Below, in pieces: positions 48,940-62,415 of a stretch of DNA of 64,000 nucleotides; the first letter of the stretch is position 1; every line of letters starts with the position of its first letter. This DNA is from Octopus sinensis (taxonomy: Eukaryota), in contig NC_043012.1 of NCBI RefSeq assembly GCF_006345805.1, forward strand, positions 5,704,001-5,768,000, in the 5' to 3' direction. The translations under genes were made by a program, and so were the position numbers. Under the pieces are notes generated by a model, which worked only from the letters and a program-made list of their open reading frames with translations, searched no databases and had not been told where the DNA came from.

Positions 48940-49520
48940 CAGACACACACTTCATACATGCATACACACAATTCACATGCATACATGCTTCACATGCACA
49001 CACACACACACACACTTCATCATACACACAAACATACTTCATACAAACACACACAACATATGCACTCATAGACTGTTCACTACACACACACTCACACTAC
49101 ACACGTAATTACTTATATACACACATCCTACATGCACACAGTCACTTACATATTCACAGGCAGACTCTTAACAGCTCACTTGTATATGCATTCACTTGTG
49201 TACACAAATGCACATACACATGTGCAGTTGTGCATATACATTCAAACATAAATACACATGGATATACATACATTTACATGTATGTGTACATATGCCTGTA
49301 TGTGCACAAATATGTGCACATCCACAAAGCGGCACAAAGAAAAACATTGAAAACATGCATGCATGCACACATGGCCAAAAAGAACATGCATATACGCAAA
49401 TAGTCACATGTGTACATACACTGTTAAAGATGCCAATTTATAAATTTTTATCTGGAGGAACTGATCAGATGTGTGCACATGAGGCACGATATGTAAATAT
49501 GCATGCAGTGCACTGAAAAC
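48940..49520. repeat. Degenerate CA/CATG-rich simple repeat
   Basis: Direct reading. Confidence 0.85.
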
Positions 49521-49527
49521 CTCTCCT

Positions 49528-49562
<35 letters not shown>

Positions 49563-50290
49563 TACAAAGCACCTGTTTACTCTGCTGTGTGTGTGTGCTG
49601 TTTGGCCCCAGGTCATCTTTCCATCAAGCCTTTTGGTCAAAGATGCTTAACCCATAATCCTGTCCTTTTTGTTCCTTTAGAGATATTGTTAACAAGAAGT
49701 GCATTATTTAATGTGTCTTCACTTTAAGACAGAAAGATGTACTTTGAGAGCAATTTGGCTGCCATTTTTAGAAAGTTGAGTGTCCACAGAGAAGCTTCCT
49801 CATTGTATGTGTGTGTTTTAGTTTTTGTGAAAGTAGTTGCATTTCTAAATATTTACTGTTAGTCCAACCCATGCCAGCATGGAAAATGGACATTAAAGGA
49901 AGAAGAGGAGGAGTTAATCCTGATCAACCAGAGGTAATCTGTCTGGAAATTCTAAACCATAACACTGGGTTTCAATTCTCACTTGGTACCATTTCATTTT
50001 GTACTTGTTGTTCTACACTATAAAGACTTTCTATTCAGAAGAAAGTGATTGAAATTATGAGTGATGGTCATGCCTCCCCCCCCCCCCAAAAAAAGCAGTG
50101 ATATTGTAGCCTCCCTGCTTTGCTCTCCCACTTCTCACATTTCTAAAAGTTCTGTTTCCAAATAGGTAAGTTGAAGCAGAGATCAATATCTCAATGCTGA
50201 TTAGACTGGCTGGCATATGATTAACCCATTTCATACCATTCCATCAGAGTTCACTCCCTGGTCCCTGCTTCATGATACAAATTCTCTGTT

Positions 50291-50525
50291 TTAACCCATT
50301 AAGTCCCAGAGTATTTAAATTTCTGAATATTACTTTAAAATTTTTACAAATGATTGAAAACAGGTTAAAATGAAAAAAAAAAATGATTATTAAAACTCCT
50401 TTACTTCAAGTAGAAATGGAAATACTCGGTGTCCTACAAATAGGACACTGAGACAATGTGATATAGCTTATTTAAGGATTTCATTTAGTGTCCTATTTAT
50501 AGGACAGTGGGACTTAATGGGTTAA
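50291..50525. mobile_element. piggyBac-type MITE (227 bp) with TTAA TSD
   Basis: TTAA|CCCATTAAGTCCCA ... TGGGACTTAATGGG|TTAA: perfect 14-bp TIR; two internal GTGTCCTA..TAGGACA palindromes. Confidence 0.88.
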
Positions 50526-51501
50526 AGTGATCTACTTCTATAACTTTCCATAGAAATTTCACATTAATTTGTGGTCCAGGCACCAGCTTAACTTCCTATC
50601 TGCCTTGTGTTTCACATCTGATAGACAGGACATATTTCCCCGGCTTCCATGCATCTTATGCAATAAATATTCCCAGTGTTTTCCAGCCATGATAGTAATT
50701 TGGAACTTATGGAAGGAAAGCTTTATCCACCGACAAGTCCTGCCATGGTGTCACACAGTGGGATTGAACTCAGACCCGTGCGGTTGGGAAGCAAACTTCT
50801 TATCACACAGCCACACCTGTATCTAAAACAGTTATTCTTGTGAGACAGATCACTATTACATTATTGGATTTGTTGAGTATATAAACAGATCGGCCGCTTG
50901 TTGAAACAAGGGTTTATTAAGTCTGAAAACAGGCATGGACATTTTGGACAGACTTAACGCAAGTGCTTTGGACAGGAAAAGGTTTAATAATGGCAAAGCT
51001 ATTCTAATACCTTGGTCATTATTTTCAAAATTAATTCAAACAAATGCTGTGTGTTTCAACACAAAAACGATATCGAAATGGTTAAATGACAATGAGTGGC
51101 TTAGTGGTTAGAGAGTTGGACTCACAATCAAAAGGTTGTGGTTTCAATTCCTGGACCAGGTGATGCATAGTGTTTTTGAGCAACACACTTCATTTCATGT
51201 TGCTTTGGTTCACTTAGCTGGCAAAAATGAGTAATCCTGTGACAGACCAGCGTTCCATCTAGTGAGGAAATACATACACCAGAGAAACTGGAAAACCTGC
51301 TTTATGAGTACATATGACTTGTGAAGGATTTTTATCATATAATGTATACATCTGTGAATGTTTAAATGGTAGTCATATTACATATATACATTTAACAGTG
51401 TGTAAGTAATGGTGTATATGTTTGAATGTTTAAACAGCAGTGATATTATATATCGGAGAGTATATCTAATGGTGTATAATATAAGTTTAAATGATAGTGA
51501 G

Positions 51502-51542
<41 letters not shown>

Positions 51543-51584
51543 GTATGCATGTATATGATAGCATATATGTAATGATGCATACTC

Positions 51585-51836
51585 TTACTCTTTTACTTGT
51601 TTCAGTCATTTGACTGTGGCCATGCTGGAGCACCGCCTTTAGTCGAGCAAATCGACCCCAAAACTTATTCTTTGTAAGCCTAATACTTATTCTATCAGTC
51701 TCTTTTGCCGAACCGCTAGGTTACGGGGACGTAAACACACCAGCATCGGTTGCCCAAGGTGCCACGCAGTGGGACTGAACCTGGAACCATGTGGTTAGTA
51801 AGCAAGCTACTTACCACACAGCCACTCCTATGCCTG
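51585..51836 (-). mobile_element. Family-A SINE with internal deletion
   Basis: Joins catcggttg directly to cccaaggtgcc, losing the microsatellite-containing middle. Confidence 0.85.
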
Positions 51837-51906
51837 TATATGCATGTGTTAGATGTTTAAAGATATGGTATTATGAATCAAACTGTATAATGTCATGGTG
51901 CCTATA

Positions 51907-51947
<41 letters not shown>

Positions 51948-51950
51948 TGT

Positions 51951-52170
51951 AACCTTTTAGCGTTCAGATTACTCTGTCAAATGTAATTCTTATTCATTCA
52001 CATTGTTTTGAATTATTAATGGATTATCTTGTAGCTTCAAGATTTCAACGATGTGATTGTTTATTTTAATATGACATTGTAGGGTGAGTTATGAGAGGTT
52101 GGATCTGACTGGTTTGAACACGAGACAGAATATTTCGGTGTGATATGGCTGGTTTATTTGCTAAATGACA
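51951..52170 (+). mobile_element. TTAA-type MITE family G, diverged (other copies near 46195, 46491, 56330 and 63378)
   Basis: Shared body cagattactctgtcaaatgtaat..atgacattgtaggg..gatctg..gtttgaac; decayed ttaaccctttag/ctaaagggttaa ends. Confidence 0.65.
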
Positions 52171-53032
52171 GCTAAATGAGAGACTGAACCCAGAACCATG
52201 TGGTTGGAAAGCAAACGTCTTACCTTATAGCCACCTCTGAATCTATGTCGCAGTTCAAATTGTGCTAAATTTTTGGCATTGTTACATTCTGAGTTCAAAT
52301 CCTACTTCTCACCTGAAGAAGAGAAAAAAGAAAAGAAAAGAGCAGGTGACTCTTCTTCAGCGATCCAGCAATTATAAAACCAATGGAAACCGAGATCATT
52401 TCTTTTCTTCTGTAAAAACATGTCTGGGCATAGGGAAATAATAATAATCAGTATCACCGTCATCATCATCATCCCTTAACTGATACAGCTAGTCGTTGGG
52501 GCGCCACTCTAGATGCTTTCATAGTCAGCCGTTGCTGCCAGTCTTTGTTCTCTGCCATGCCCATGTCATGGGGAAATAATACCTTGCTCGGAAACTGGTG
52601 AGAGTTGGTAATAGGAAGAGCATCTGACCTTTGAAAATAAACCGCAATGAATTCCATCTGACTTATGTAAGCATAGAAAATTGGATGTCAAAACAATGAA
52701 GATGACGATGATAATTATATATGGGCAGTGTTTGAATGTATTTTGCACTACAAACTATACTATAGGTGCCATTCTATGAATGACATTGCATCGTAATATC
52801 TTTGAGAACAACTCTCTGTATTTTCTATTGCGTTTTATTTTCATGTGAAATCCATATTTCATATAATCCATATATTACATTCCAGTTCATATCCATATTA
52901 CATTTTCAATATTTGTGCAGCCAATTTTGTTTCTCACATAATCCAGTGGTTTTCAATATTCTTGGCTTCATGGCACTCTGGAAATCAAAAGAAGAAAGCT
53001 TATTGATGCTCTCGTATGGAAAGTTAACAACA

Positions 53033-53410
53033 GGCGCAGGCATGGCCATACAGTAAGAAGTTTGCTTCCCAACCGTGTAGTTTTGGGTTCAGTTCCACTC
53101 CATGGCACCTTGGGCAAGTGTCTTCTACTATAGCTCCAGGCCAAACAAAGCCTTGTGATTGGATTTGGTAGACGGAAACTAAAAGAAGCCTGTTGTGTGT
53201 GTGTTTATGTCTGTCCTCACAACTACTTGACAGCCAGTATTGGTTTGTTTACACCCCTGTAACATGATGGTTTGGCAAAAGTGACTGATAGAAAAAATAC
53301 CAGACTTAAAAAGAATTAAGTGATGGGGTCATCTTTTTTTTGTCTAAAACCCTTCAAGGTAGTGCTCCAGCATGGCTGCAGTCCAATGACTGAAACAGAC
53401 ACAAGATAAA
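53033..53410 (+). mobile_element. Family-A SINE
   Basis: GGCGCAGGCATGGCC.. head through gactgaaacagac tail. Confidence 0.85.
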
Positions 53411-54685
53411 TACTGGTGCACTTTGGAAAGTTGAAAAAGAATTATTTGTTCTCTTCACTTGGATTTTTTAAACAAGATTTGGTTTAAAGTTACAAATTTA
53501 GAGAAAAAGCTACCCGAGATTGAACCTGGAACCATATGGTTGGGATGCTAACTTCTCACAACACAGCTATGCCTGCACCTATATGCATAACAAAATAATG
53601 AATTACACTGTTTTTTTTCCTGTTCTAAGATACTCAGACATTAATTAATATGGATTTTCTAAAGCTCTTGATTATATTTCAAAAACCTCAGCTTAGATGC
53701 CCTTTGTGATACACCACTTTTGTAAAAAAAGCACAATTTGTAAATCACTAACAATCATAATCTGTAACGATTGCTCACAATCGAAAGGCCATGTTAACTA
53801 AATATGCTTCCTATCTAATTAATTAATAAAAGTCAAAGAAAAAGCAAAACACAACAAAATAAAAACAAGATCCAGATATTTCATTTTGTTTATTAATCAA
53901 GGTAGTACGCTGGCAGAATCATTAACATGTCATACCAAATGCTTTGTGATGTTTCTTCAGGCTTTGTGTTCTGTGTTCAAGTGTTGTTGAGGTCAATTTT
54001 GCTTTTCATCCTTTTGGGGTTGATAAAGTACCAGTTTGAGCACTGGGGTCAATTTAATTGTCTTAAATCCTGTCGTTCCTCCGAAATGTCAGGCCTTGTG
54101 CCAATAGCAGAGAGAGAGAAAGAAAGAAAAGGAAAGAAAAACAAAAATGCTCGTTAGTCCTAAATGGGGCAAGTTTAGATGTTTTAACTTCAAAGGTTTC
54201 TTGAGCTACCAGAGTGGAAAGCTAGCAAATAAGCAAGCAAGCAAGCAAGCAAGCAAACCAGATAAAGATTGTGGCACCTAATATTTTGCTGATGCAGTGC
54301 ATTTGTGCAGTGATGTTAAATCTTGATGATTATGATGATGATGATGATGATGGCATCTGAACTAACATGATACACCCACTAACAGTTACAACACCTACAC
54401 TATCTGTGGGCACATGCATGCATACACACACACACGCACATGCACATTCATATACATACAGACACACACCCATGTCATCGTCTCTGTCACCACCACCACC
54501 ACCAACAAAGTCATCATGCACCTGCTCAAGAGCAGAAAGTGTGACACTAACCCAATTTATCCTAGGTCAGTTAAGATGTGTGTGTGTGTGTGTGTGTTCA
54601 AAAGTTGTGGTAAGCTGGTTACCGGTGAGGTGGCTGAATAAGTGTGGAGGCATGTGGGAGGGACAGTAAGAGAAACAGAGAAGGG

Positions 54686-54721
<36 letters not shown>

Positions 54722-55260
54722 ATAGATTCCTGATGGTGGTGCAATGTAGAACATCAGATTTGAAGAGGGAGGTGGTTAAGGCACAAACAAACAAATCCAT
54801 GATGGGAGCGGGAAGAGGAAAACAGGAGGAAGAAGAAGAAGAGGGAGTTTATTTTTTAGCGTGAGATTTTTTTCAAATTATTACATCATTTTACACACAC
54901 ACACACACACACACGCATATTTATATATATGTAATTACATTGGTAGTTTCTCACAAAAACTTCCTGCATGTACACATATGTGAATTATTTCACACACACA
55001 CACACACATACAGACACACAGGTCTGATTTGGGATGGTAAGACTTGAGGTTTGACCACTAAAATTTATACAGTGCAAAGTTAAGAGCACACCGCCACATT
55101 GCACTCACACACGCGCGCGCATACACACACACACACACTCTCTGTCTCTCATCTGAATAAAATTAATTATTAATTTCTAAATCATTTAATATACAGAGTC
55201 TAACAATAACTAGCTAATTTCTTTAGGGAATGAAGTTTTTTTATTTTTACCATTTTAATC

Positions 55261-55590
55261 ATCATCATCATCATTGTTTAATGTCCACTTTCCATGTTGG
55301 CATGGGTTGGACAGTTTGACTGAGGGCTGGCTCCAATCTGATCTGGCAATGTTTCTACAGCTGGATGCCTTTCCTAATGCCAACCACTCCGAGAATGTAG
55401 TGGGTGCTTTTACGTGTCACTGGCATGCGGGCCAGTCAGGCGGTATTGGCATAGGCCATGCTCAAATGGTGCTTTTTACGTGCCACCTGCATAGGAGCCA
55501 GTCTGGCAGCACTGGCAACGACCACACTCGAAAAGTACTTTTTTTATGTGCCACAGGCATGAGAGCCAATCAGCGGCCCTGGCAACGATC
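55261..55590 (-). mobile_element. Family-C element
   Basis: (CAT)n tail, ctacagctggatgcc motif, three internal units. Confidence 0.85.
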
Positions 55591-55984
55591 ACACTGACTT
55601 TATTAAAGAACAGGTGTCCCTGGAAGCATTTACAGTTTTGTTTGATCCCATTAAAATCCTCATCCCCTCTAAGGAAATCAATGGGGTCACTTTCTAGTAT
55701 GAACTTCCATAGGTTTATTGTTTTTTGACATATAAATTGAATTTTTCAAACCAAAATTTACAACCATAAAAGGTAGGCCGACTTTGGAGGACCAAAAATT
55801 CCCATGAAATGCAGCAAGATTTAGTGAGATAATGTTGATGTTTAAATATTTGTCTTACATATTTCTGACTTGTATGCTGCAAAATATGGTAAATTTTTTT
55901 GTGGTTTAGTCAGAGGAAAAAAGACAGCATCAATATTCTTTTTGTAGATCCTCTTTGACTAGTAGGATAAAGGGAAGACATTAT

Positions 55985-56220
55985 TTTTTATTTCTTTATT
56001 GCTCACAGGGGGCTAAACATAGAGGGGGCAAACAAGGACAGGTAAAGGGATTAAGTCAATTACATTGACCCCAGTGTGTAACTGGTACTTATTTAATCGA
56101 CCCTCAAAGGATGAAAGGCAAAGACGACCTCAGCAGAATTTGAACTAGGAACGTAATGGCAGACGAAATGCCGCTAAGCATTTTGCCTGGCATGCTAACG
56201 ATTCTGCCAGCTTGCCACCC
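55985..56220 (-). mobile_element. Family-B SINE
   Basis: Full-length match to the other family-B copies. Confidence 0.85.
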
Positions 56221-57499
56221 TAAATACATTATTCTTAGACCAGAGATTTATTTAGATTGCTTGCAACAGAGTTGATCCCATTAAAGGCATCTTTGGCTCT
56301 TGTGGTGGTTTTTAAGCTGGGTGACACATTAACCCGTCAGCAGTCAGCTTATTCTGTTAAATGTAATATTTATTCATTCACATTCTTTTAAATGAATCAT
56401 GCATTATGGTCATAGCTTCGATAATGTTTACTTTTAGAATGATATTGTGGGGTAGGTGTGAGAGGCTGAATCTGGCTACTTTGAACGTCAAACTGGTTGA
56501 ATATTTTGGCTGGATGCGACTGGTTTATATGCCGAAGGGTAAAGCCTACCACTCAATAAATTGATGTTTGTATTAAAAAGATTAGAGATTTCGTTACATA
56601 CATTAAACTAGATTACTATTTACTATTACTCTTGTATATGAGGCAACTTCTTAGTGGTCTTCTTAACTGCTAGAAATATAGCCAGATCTCCCCCTAAAAT
56701 TATACCCACAATCTTAAAGAAACAAAAAGTGCATATTACATGATGTAGTCTTAGAGACTTTGTTAGGTTAGATCACATTACTCTGTAAGGGTCATAGGGC
56801 TGGTTTCCCATTTTCTCTAGTGTATATATTCTTCCCTGTATGGGACACTGGTCTGTTGCAGGATTGCTAATTTTTTCCAGTTGAGTGGACTGGGGCAACA
56901 TGTAACAAAGTGTCTTGTTCAAGAACAAGACCGGGCTGTGTGTTGTCTTCTTGAGCAAGAAACTTTATTTCATGTTGCTCAGCTGTAGAAATGAGTTGCT
57001 ACATTACTGGTGCCAAGCGGTATCGTCCCCTTTGCCTTTCCCTTTGAGAACATCAGTGGTGTGCAGAGGGGAGACTGGTATGCATGGGTGACTGCTGGCC
57101 TTCCATAAAAAATCTTGATTGGACTTGTACCTCGGAGGGTAACTTTCTAGGTGCAATCCCATGGTCATTCATGACTGAAGGGAGTCTCCCCACTACGCTG
57201 CCATGTACTATACATGTAGCCTTGTTTATCACTGATTCATTCATCACTGATTCATTCATCACTGATCTGGGATTTTACAGTATGTGAACCATATTGCACT
57301 TATCTCAGATTAATCTGTTATAACACAGGTCTGTGATTAGCCTGAGGTTCTGCTTGTGCTGCAGGGACGCACTCCTTGTGACCACTTGCAATACTCAGCT
57401 ACCCAGAATGCAGTCCATCATTGCTTATGTTAACATGACCGCAATGTGAGACCGCATATTTTTTATACAGATTTACATATTCATATCCATCAACGTTAG

Positions 57500-57660
57500 A
57501 CCAGTGACCAGAAAAAAGTATAAAAGACATCTGGTCCTAACAAAAATGTATTCTCTACAGAAAAAGGTAGAGCTGATTGAGAAAATCCTTGACAGTGGAA
57601 ACTTTGTGATGTGGGCCATGAATTTGGCATCAGTGAGTCTTCCATTCGTGTCATTTACAT
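57500..57660 (+). mobile_element. Tigger/pogo transposase N-terminal (CENP-B-type HTH) remnant
   Basis: With frameshifts: KRHLVLT..KKVELIEK..DSG..CDVGHEFGISESSIRVI. Confidence 0.5.
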
Positions 57661-57729
57661 AGTATGTGGAAATGATTCATTTATCACTGTCATTTTGGAA
57701 CCAATCCTCAGTGATAAACGAGGATAGAT

Positions 57730-58040
57730 GTATTATACTACCCTGTACAATAGTACACCATCCTGGACCATACTAAGCTATCCTCTATTATTCTAAACTT
57801 CTCTGTATTCTATTATAATACACTGTACTATACAATATTGTCCTCTACTATACTATATAGCTTATATGCTGTACTATAAACCCTATATTGTTCCATATTG
57901 TTCACTACTATACTACCGTGTAATATACTGAATGTAACAGACTACTATTGTTCTGTTCTGTACTGTGCTATACAATACTATACTATATTGCTATGTATAC
58001 TATATTATCATAGTATACTGCTGTGTACTATATTATTCCT
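57730..58040. repeat. Degenerate pentanucleotide (TACTA/TAYTR)n satellite
   Basis: About 5-bp periodicity visible by eye. Confidence 0.75.
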
Positions 58041-58142
58041 ATTTCAAAAGCATTTGTGGTGAACCAAAATGAAACAATATTTCCTATACATATGTTGATA
58101 TTGACATGAATTTGTGTGTGTGTGTTTGTATAAGTGTGTATA

Positions 58143-58190
<48 letters not shown>

Positions 58191-58222
58191 AAAAAATACA
58201 AACTGGGACTAGAACGCAAAAC

Positions 58223-58372
58223 ATCATCATCATCATCATCATTTCATTTAGCGTCCGTTTTCCATGCTAGCATGGGTTGGACGGTTCTACTGGGGTCTGT
58301 GAAGCCAGAAGGCTTCATCAGGCCCAGTCAAATCTGGCAGTGTTTCTACGGCTGGATGCCCTTCCTAACGCC
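58223..58372 (-). mobile_element. Family-C 3' end
   Basis: (CAT)n tail through ccttcctaacgcca. Confidence 0.85.
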
Positions 58373-58380
58373 AAAACATG

Positions 58381-58495
<115 letters not shown>

Positions 58496-58747
58496 TTTAT
58501 CTTTTTGTTTTAGTCATGAGACTGTGGCCATACTGGGGCACCACCTTGAAGAATTTTTGGTCTGAAGAATCGACCCTAGTTCTTGATTTTTTTTTAAAGC
58601 CTGGTACTTATCCTATTGGTCTCTTTTGTTGAATTGCTAAGTCATGAGGAAGCAAACAAACCAACATCAGTTAAGCGGAGATAGAGAAAAAATTCGGACA
58701 CAAAGATGTACACACATAGACATAGATATGATGATATATGTATATAA

Positions 58748-58970
58748 GGTGGCGAGCTAGTAGAAATGTTAGCATGCCGGGCGAAATGCGTAGACGTATT
58801 TCGTCTGCCGTTAGGTTCCGAGTTCAAATTCCGCCGAGGTCGACTTTAGCTTTCATCCTTTCGGGGTCGATAAATTAAGTACCAGTTACGCACTGGGATC
58901 GACTTAATCCGTTTGTCTGTCCTTGTTTGTCCCCTCTGTGTTTAGCCCCTTGTGGGTAGTAAAGAAATAG
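58748..58970 (+). mobile_element. Young family-B SINE nested in the microsatellite of a minus-strand family-A SINE
   Basis: CpGs intact; host SINE at about 58495-58740, resuming at gatgggcttctttcagtttc (about 58982). Confidence 0.85.
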
Positions 58971-59024
58971 ATATATGTATATGATGGGCTTCTTTCAGTT
59001 TCTAACTCCCAAATCAACAAGTGC

Positions 59025-59345
59025 ATCATCATCACCATCAGCAATCTTCCTCGCCACCATCATCACCATCATCATCATCATCATCATCATAACAATTATC
59101 AACAACAACAGCAACAACTGTTCCACCACCAACAACAACAATAACAATATCACCGACCACTACCATGACCACCACTACCTGTAACATCAACAATGGCAAC
59201 AACTGTAACACTATTTACAACAACAGCAATAACTGTAACGGTGGCGGCAGCGGCAGCAACAACAAGAACGACAACAACAACAACAATAGCAATAACTGTA
59301 ACAACAACAACAACAACAGCGGCAGCAGCAGCAGTAGCAGCTGAG
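59025..59345. repeat. Compound trinucleotide tract (CAT/CAA/CAG/GGC)
   Basis: Direct reading. Confidence 0.9.
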
Positions 59346-59830
59346 AATATTTACAGAAAGATCAATAAGATGAAATTGATTTCCCAGCATGCTGTGTCTA
59401 CAATGATAGATCTTCATTGAACAAACTGACTGCACAAAACTGAAATGTAGGCCAATCAGTTGTTGTTGTTGATGTTGTTGTTGTTGTAGTAGCCGCTGTT
59501 TTCCTTTTTCATATTTTTCTCCTTTTATTTTTTCCTTCTTTCATTCTGTTTCTTCATTTTTATCTTTTTTTTTTAATTTAAAAACGAATATTCTTAAAAA
59601 AAAAAAATTATAATTTTTTTTTTTTATCTCCCTCTTCTCATTTCCCTGTTTAGTTCCAATCAATGTTGTTGTTGTTTAATCCTAAGTCAGTCCTGATTGA
59701 GACGACACTCTGATGAAGAATATTCCAAACACGACCATCTCATTTGTTTTTTTTCTTTCTTAATCCCCCCCCCCTTTTTTTATATAGTGACATCTTGGAC
59801 CACATTATTCAATGTAGCCCCTTTCATTTA

Positions 59831-59913
59831 CTGGAGATGTGGCTGCTATATCTAGCTGGAGACGTGGCTGCTATATCTAGCAAATTTGCTGGAGATGTGG
59901 CTGCTATATCTAG
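59831..59913. repeat. Three copies of a 25-mer
   Basis: CTGGAGAYGTGGCTGCTATATCTAG at 59831, 59856 and 59889; resembles the reverse complement of the family-F motif. Confidence 0.9.
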
Positions 59914-59961
59914 CAAATCAAGCAACCACATAAAGGTTCCCTCCCAATGGCTTGTAATATA

Positions 59962-60123
59962 CTATATTTTAACATGTATAAGGAAATCCTTTTTCATTAA
60001 AAATTCGGTTAAAAAAATATGGGAGTTTCTTCTACATGGATTATATTATAATCCCTTACAAAACCTTTTTTCCAAATTTTAAGCCCCCAAATTAGGGGGT
60101 TCCTTATACACGTTAAAATACGG
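59962..60123. mobile_element. 162-bp pogo-type MITE with TA TSD
   Basis: TA|CTATATTTTAACATGTATAAGGAA ... TTCCTTATACACGTTAAAATACGG|TA: 24-bp TIR whose 3 differences are all CpG transitions. Confidence 0.85.
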
Positions 60124-60471
60124 TAATTGCTTGTTGTAAGGTAGCAAGCTGGCAGAATCGTTAGCACGCCGGGCTTTAAAATGCTTAGTGTTATTGAGCT
60201 GGCTTTATATTCTGAGTCAAAATTCTGCCGAAGTCAACTTTGCTTTTCATCCTTTTGAGGTCATTAAAATAAGTACCAGTTAAATACTGGGGTTGATGTA
60301 ATTGACTTACCCACTTCCCTGAAATTACCGGCCTTGACCCAACATTTGAAATCAATATGATTGCTTGTTGTTGTTGTCAACCCTAAATTCAAGCAGTGGG
60401 TTAGGCATGTGAAGGAGGGAAGGCAATGATGGTGTGAGAAGTAAGAGGCCATATCAAAGGCCATTATTCTT

Positions 60472-60682
60472 TTCTACTCTAGGCACAAGGCCCAAAATTT
60501 ATGGGGAGGCGGTCAGTCGATTATATCGACCCCAGTGCGTAACTGGTACTTAATTTATCGACTCCGAAAGGATGAAAGGCAAAGTCGACCTCAGCGGAAT
60601 TTGAACTCAGAACATGAAGACAGACAAAACACTGCTAAGCATTTCGCCCGGCATACTAACATTTCTGCCAGCTTGCCACCTT
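60472..60682 (-). mobile_element. Family-B SINE
   Basis: Full-length match. Confidence 0.85.
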
Positions 60683-60829
60683 ATGAGAGGCCATTATTGA
60701 AAATGGTATGATCTGAGTGGCAATGGTTTCTAGAACTGATGGCCAAATTGTGGGTCTCTTGGTTCAAACTGACCGCATGCATTATCATTTATGTATTGGG
60801 GACTGTATTTTTTTGTCTTTTATCTTTGG

Positions 60830-61215
60830 TTTGTTTCAGTCATTAGGCTGTGGCCATGCTGGGGTACTGCCTTGAAGAATTGTTAATAAAATGAATCGAC
60901 CTCAGAACTTATTTTCTCAATCCTGGTATTTATTTTATTGATCTCTTTTGCTGAATGGTTAAGTTATGGGGGATGTAAACATACCAACACCGGTTGTCAA
61001 GCAGTGGTAGGGGACAAACACAGACACGTACACACACACACACACACACATATATGATGGGATTCTTTTCAATTTCCATTTACCAAATCCACTCACAAGG
61101 CATTGGTCGACCCAAAACTACAGTAGAAAACACTTGTCCAAGGTGCCACTCAGTGGGACTGAACCCAGAACAATGTAGTGGGGAAGCAAGCTTCTTACTA
61201 TACAGTCGTGTCTGT
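60830..61215 (-). mobile_element. Family-A SINE
   Basis: Tail-to-head match. Confidence 0.8.
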
Positions 61216-61744
61216 ATATTAAAGAAAACAAAAAGAGGGAAAAGAAACTATTTTTTAAATGCTAGTGAGAGGAAGCAGGTGAACATCCCTAACTCTTGCA
61301 GGTCCTCTCTGACTAGTGAAGACCTGCATAGATCAGCGAAGTAAAGTAGATTATTCATTTATTTACTCATATTGCCTCTTAAGTGTTGAGTATTGGCCCG
61401 TAACCCTTTTGATACTAACCTTTCTCAGAACATCGTTAGTTTTTTTGATACAAACTTCTTGCTTGAAAGTAATCAAGATTAAAACTCTCTGCTGATATCC
61501 CATGTTAATTTATGTTCCAAACCGCAGATCCCTCCTCCTCATTTTAGCATCCACTTTTCCATGTTTGTGTGGTTTGAATGGACTTTATTGAGGTAGATTT
61601 TCTATGATTGAATGCCTTTACAGTTCCCAACATTTGCTTGTTTCCGAGTGAAGTAATATTTTCCCATTGGCAGACATGTTTTTTTTGCTGGGTATTGGAA
61701 ATGAACGACACTGCTTGTATGACAGTGACACTCATTTACAACAA

Positions 61745-62075
61745 CCACACTATGTCAAAACAAAGAAGCATGAAATATACGCACTCTCATAATACACACT
61801 CACACGTGCAAACACTCACATGTATGCACTATACACACTTACACATTCGTATATACACTCATACACACTCACATACATATTCACTTTTATACATTCACAT
61901 ACTCACTAACACATACACACACTCACACATATACACTCACACATACACTCACACTCATATATAGATACACACACACATATATATACATACGCATATGTAC
62001 ACACATATATACACACATACATACACACACACATACATACATACACACACACATACATACATGCATACACACATG
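61745..62075. repeat. Degenerate (CA)/(CATA) simple repeat
   Basis: Direct reading. Confidence 0.9.
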
Positions 62076-62415
62076 ATAGACTTCCCATTTCTGTTACCTA
62101 AAGTTTTTTGTCGATCTGGGGTTGTGGAAGACGACATCTGCCCAAGATGGATGCCATTGCATAGTACTTCCAGCAAGTGAACCCCAAACCATGTGGTTGG
62201 CAAGCAAACATACAGCCACACCTGCACCTTTAATTAAACAAGTCCTCCTGACGAGGAAATTGAACCCTGGCATCTGCATGACAGACAAGGATATTTACTA
62301 CTGTACCACCATGGAATATACTACAAATTAATATAATAAAGTTATTTTACTTAATTCTTTATTGTTTCTAAGATTTATTGAAACAAAAGTCATATATTTC
62401 AATCGAAATAATTAA

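Noticed and set aside
55602-55960. Possible Kolobok-like element starting TTAAAGAACAGG
   Set aside because: No matching right TIR could be identified.
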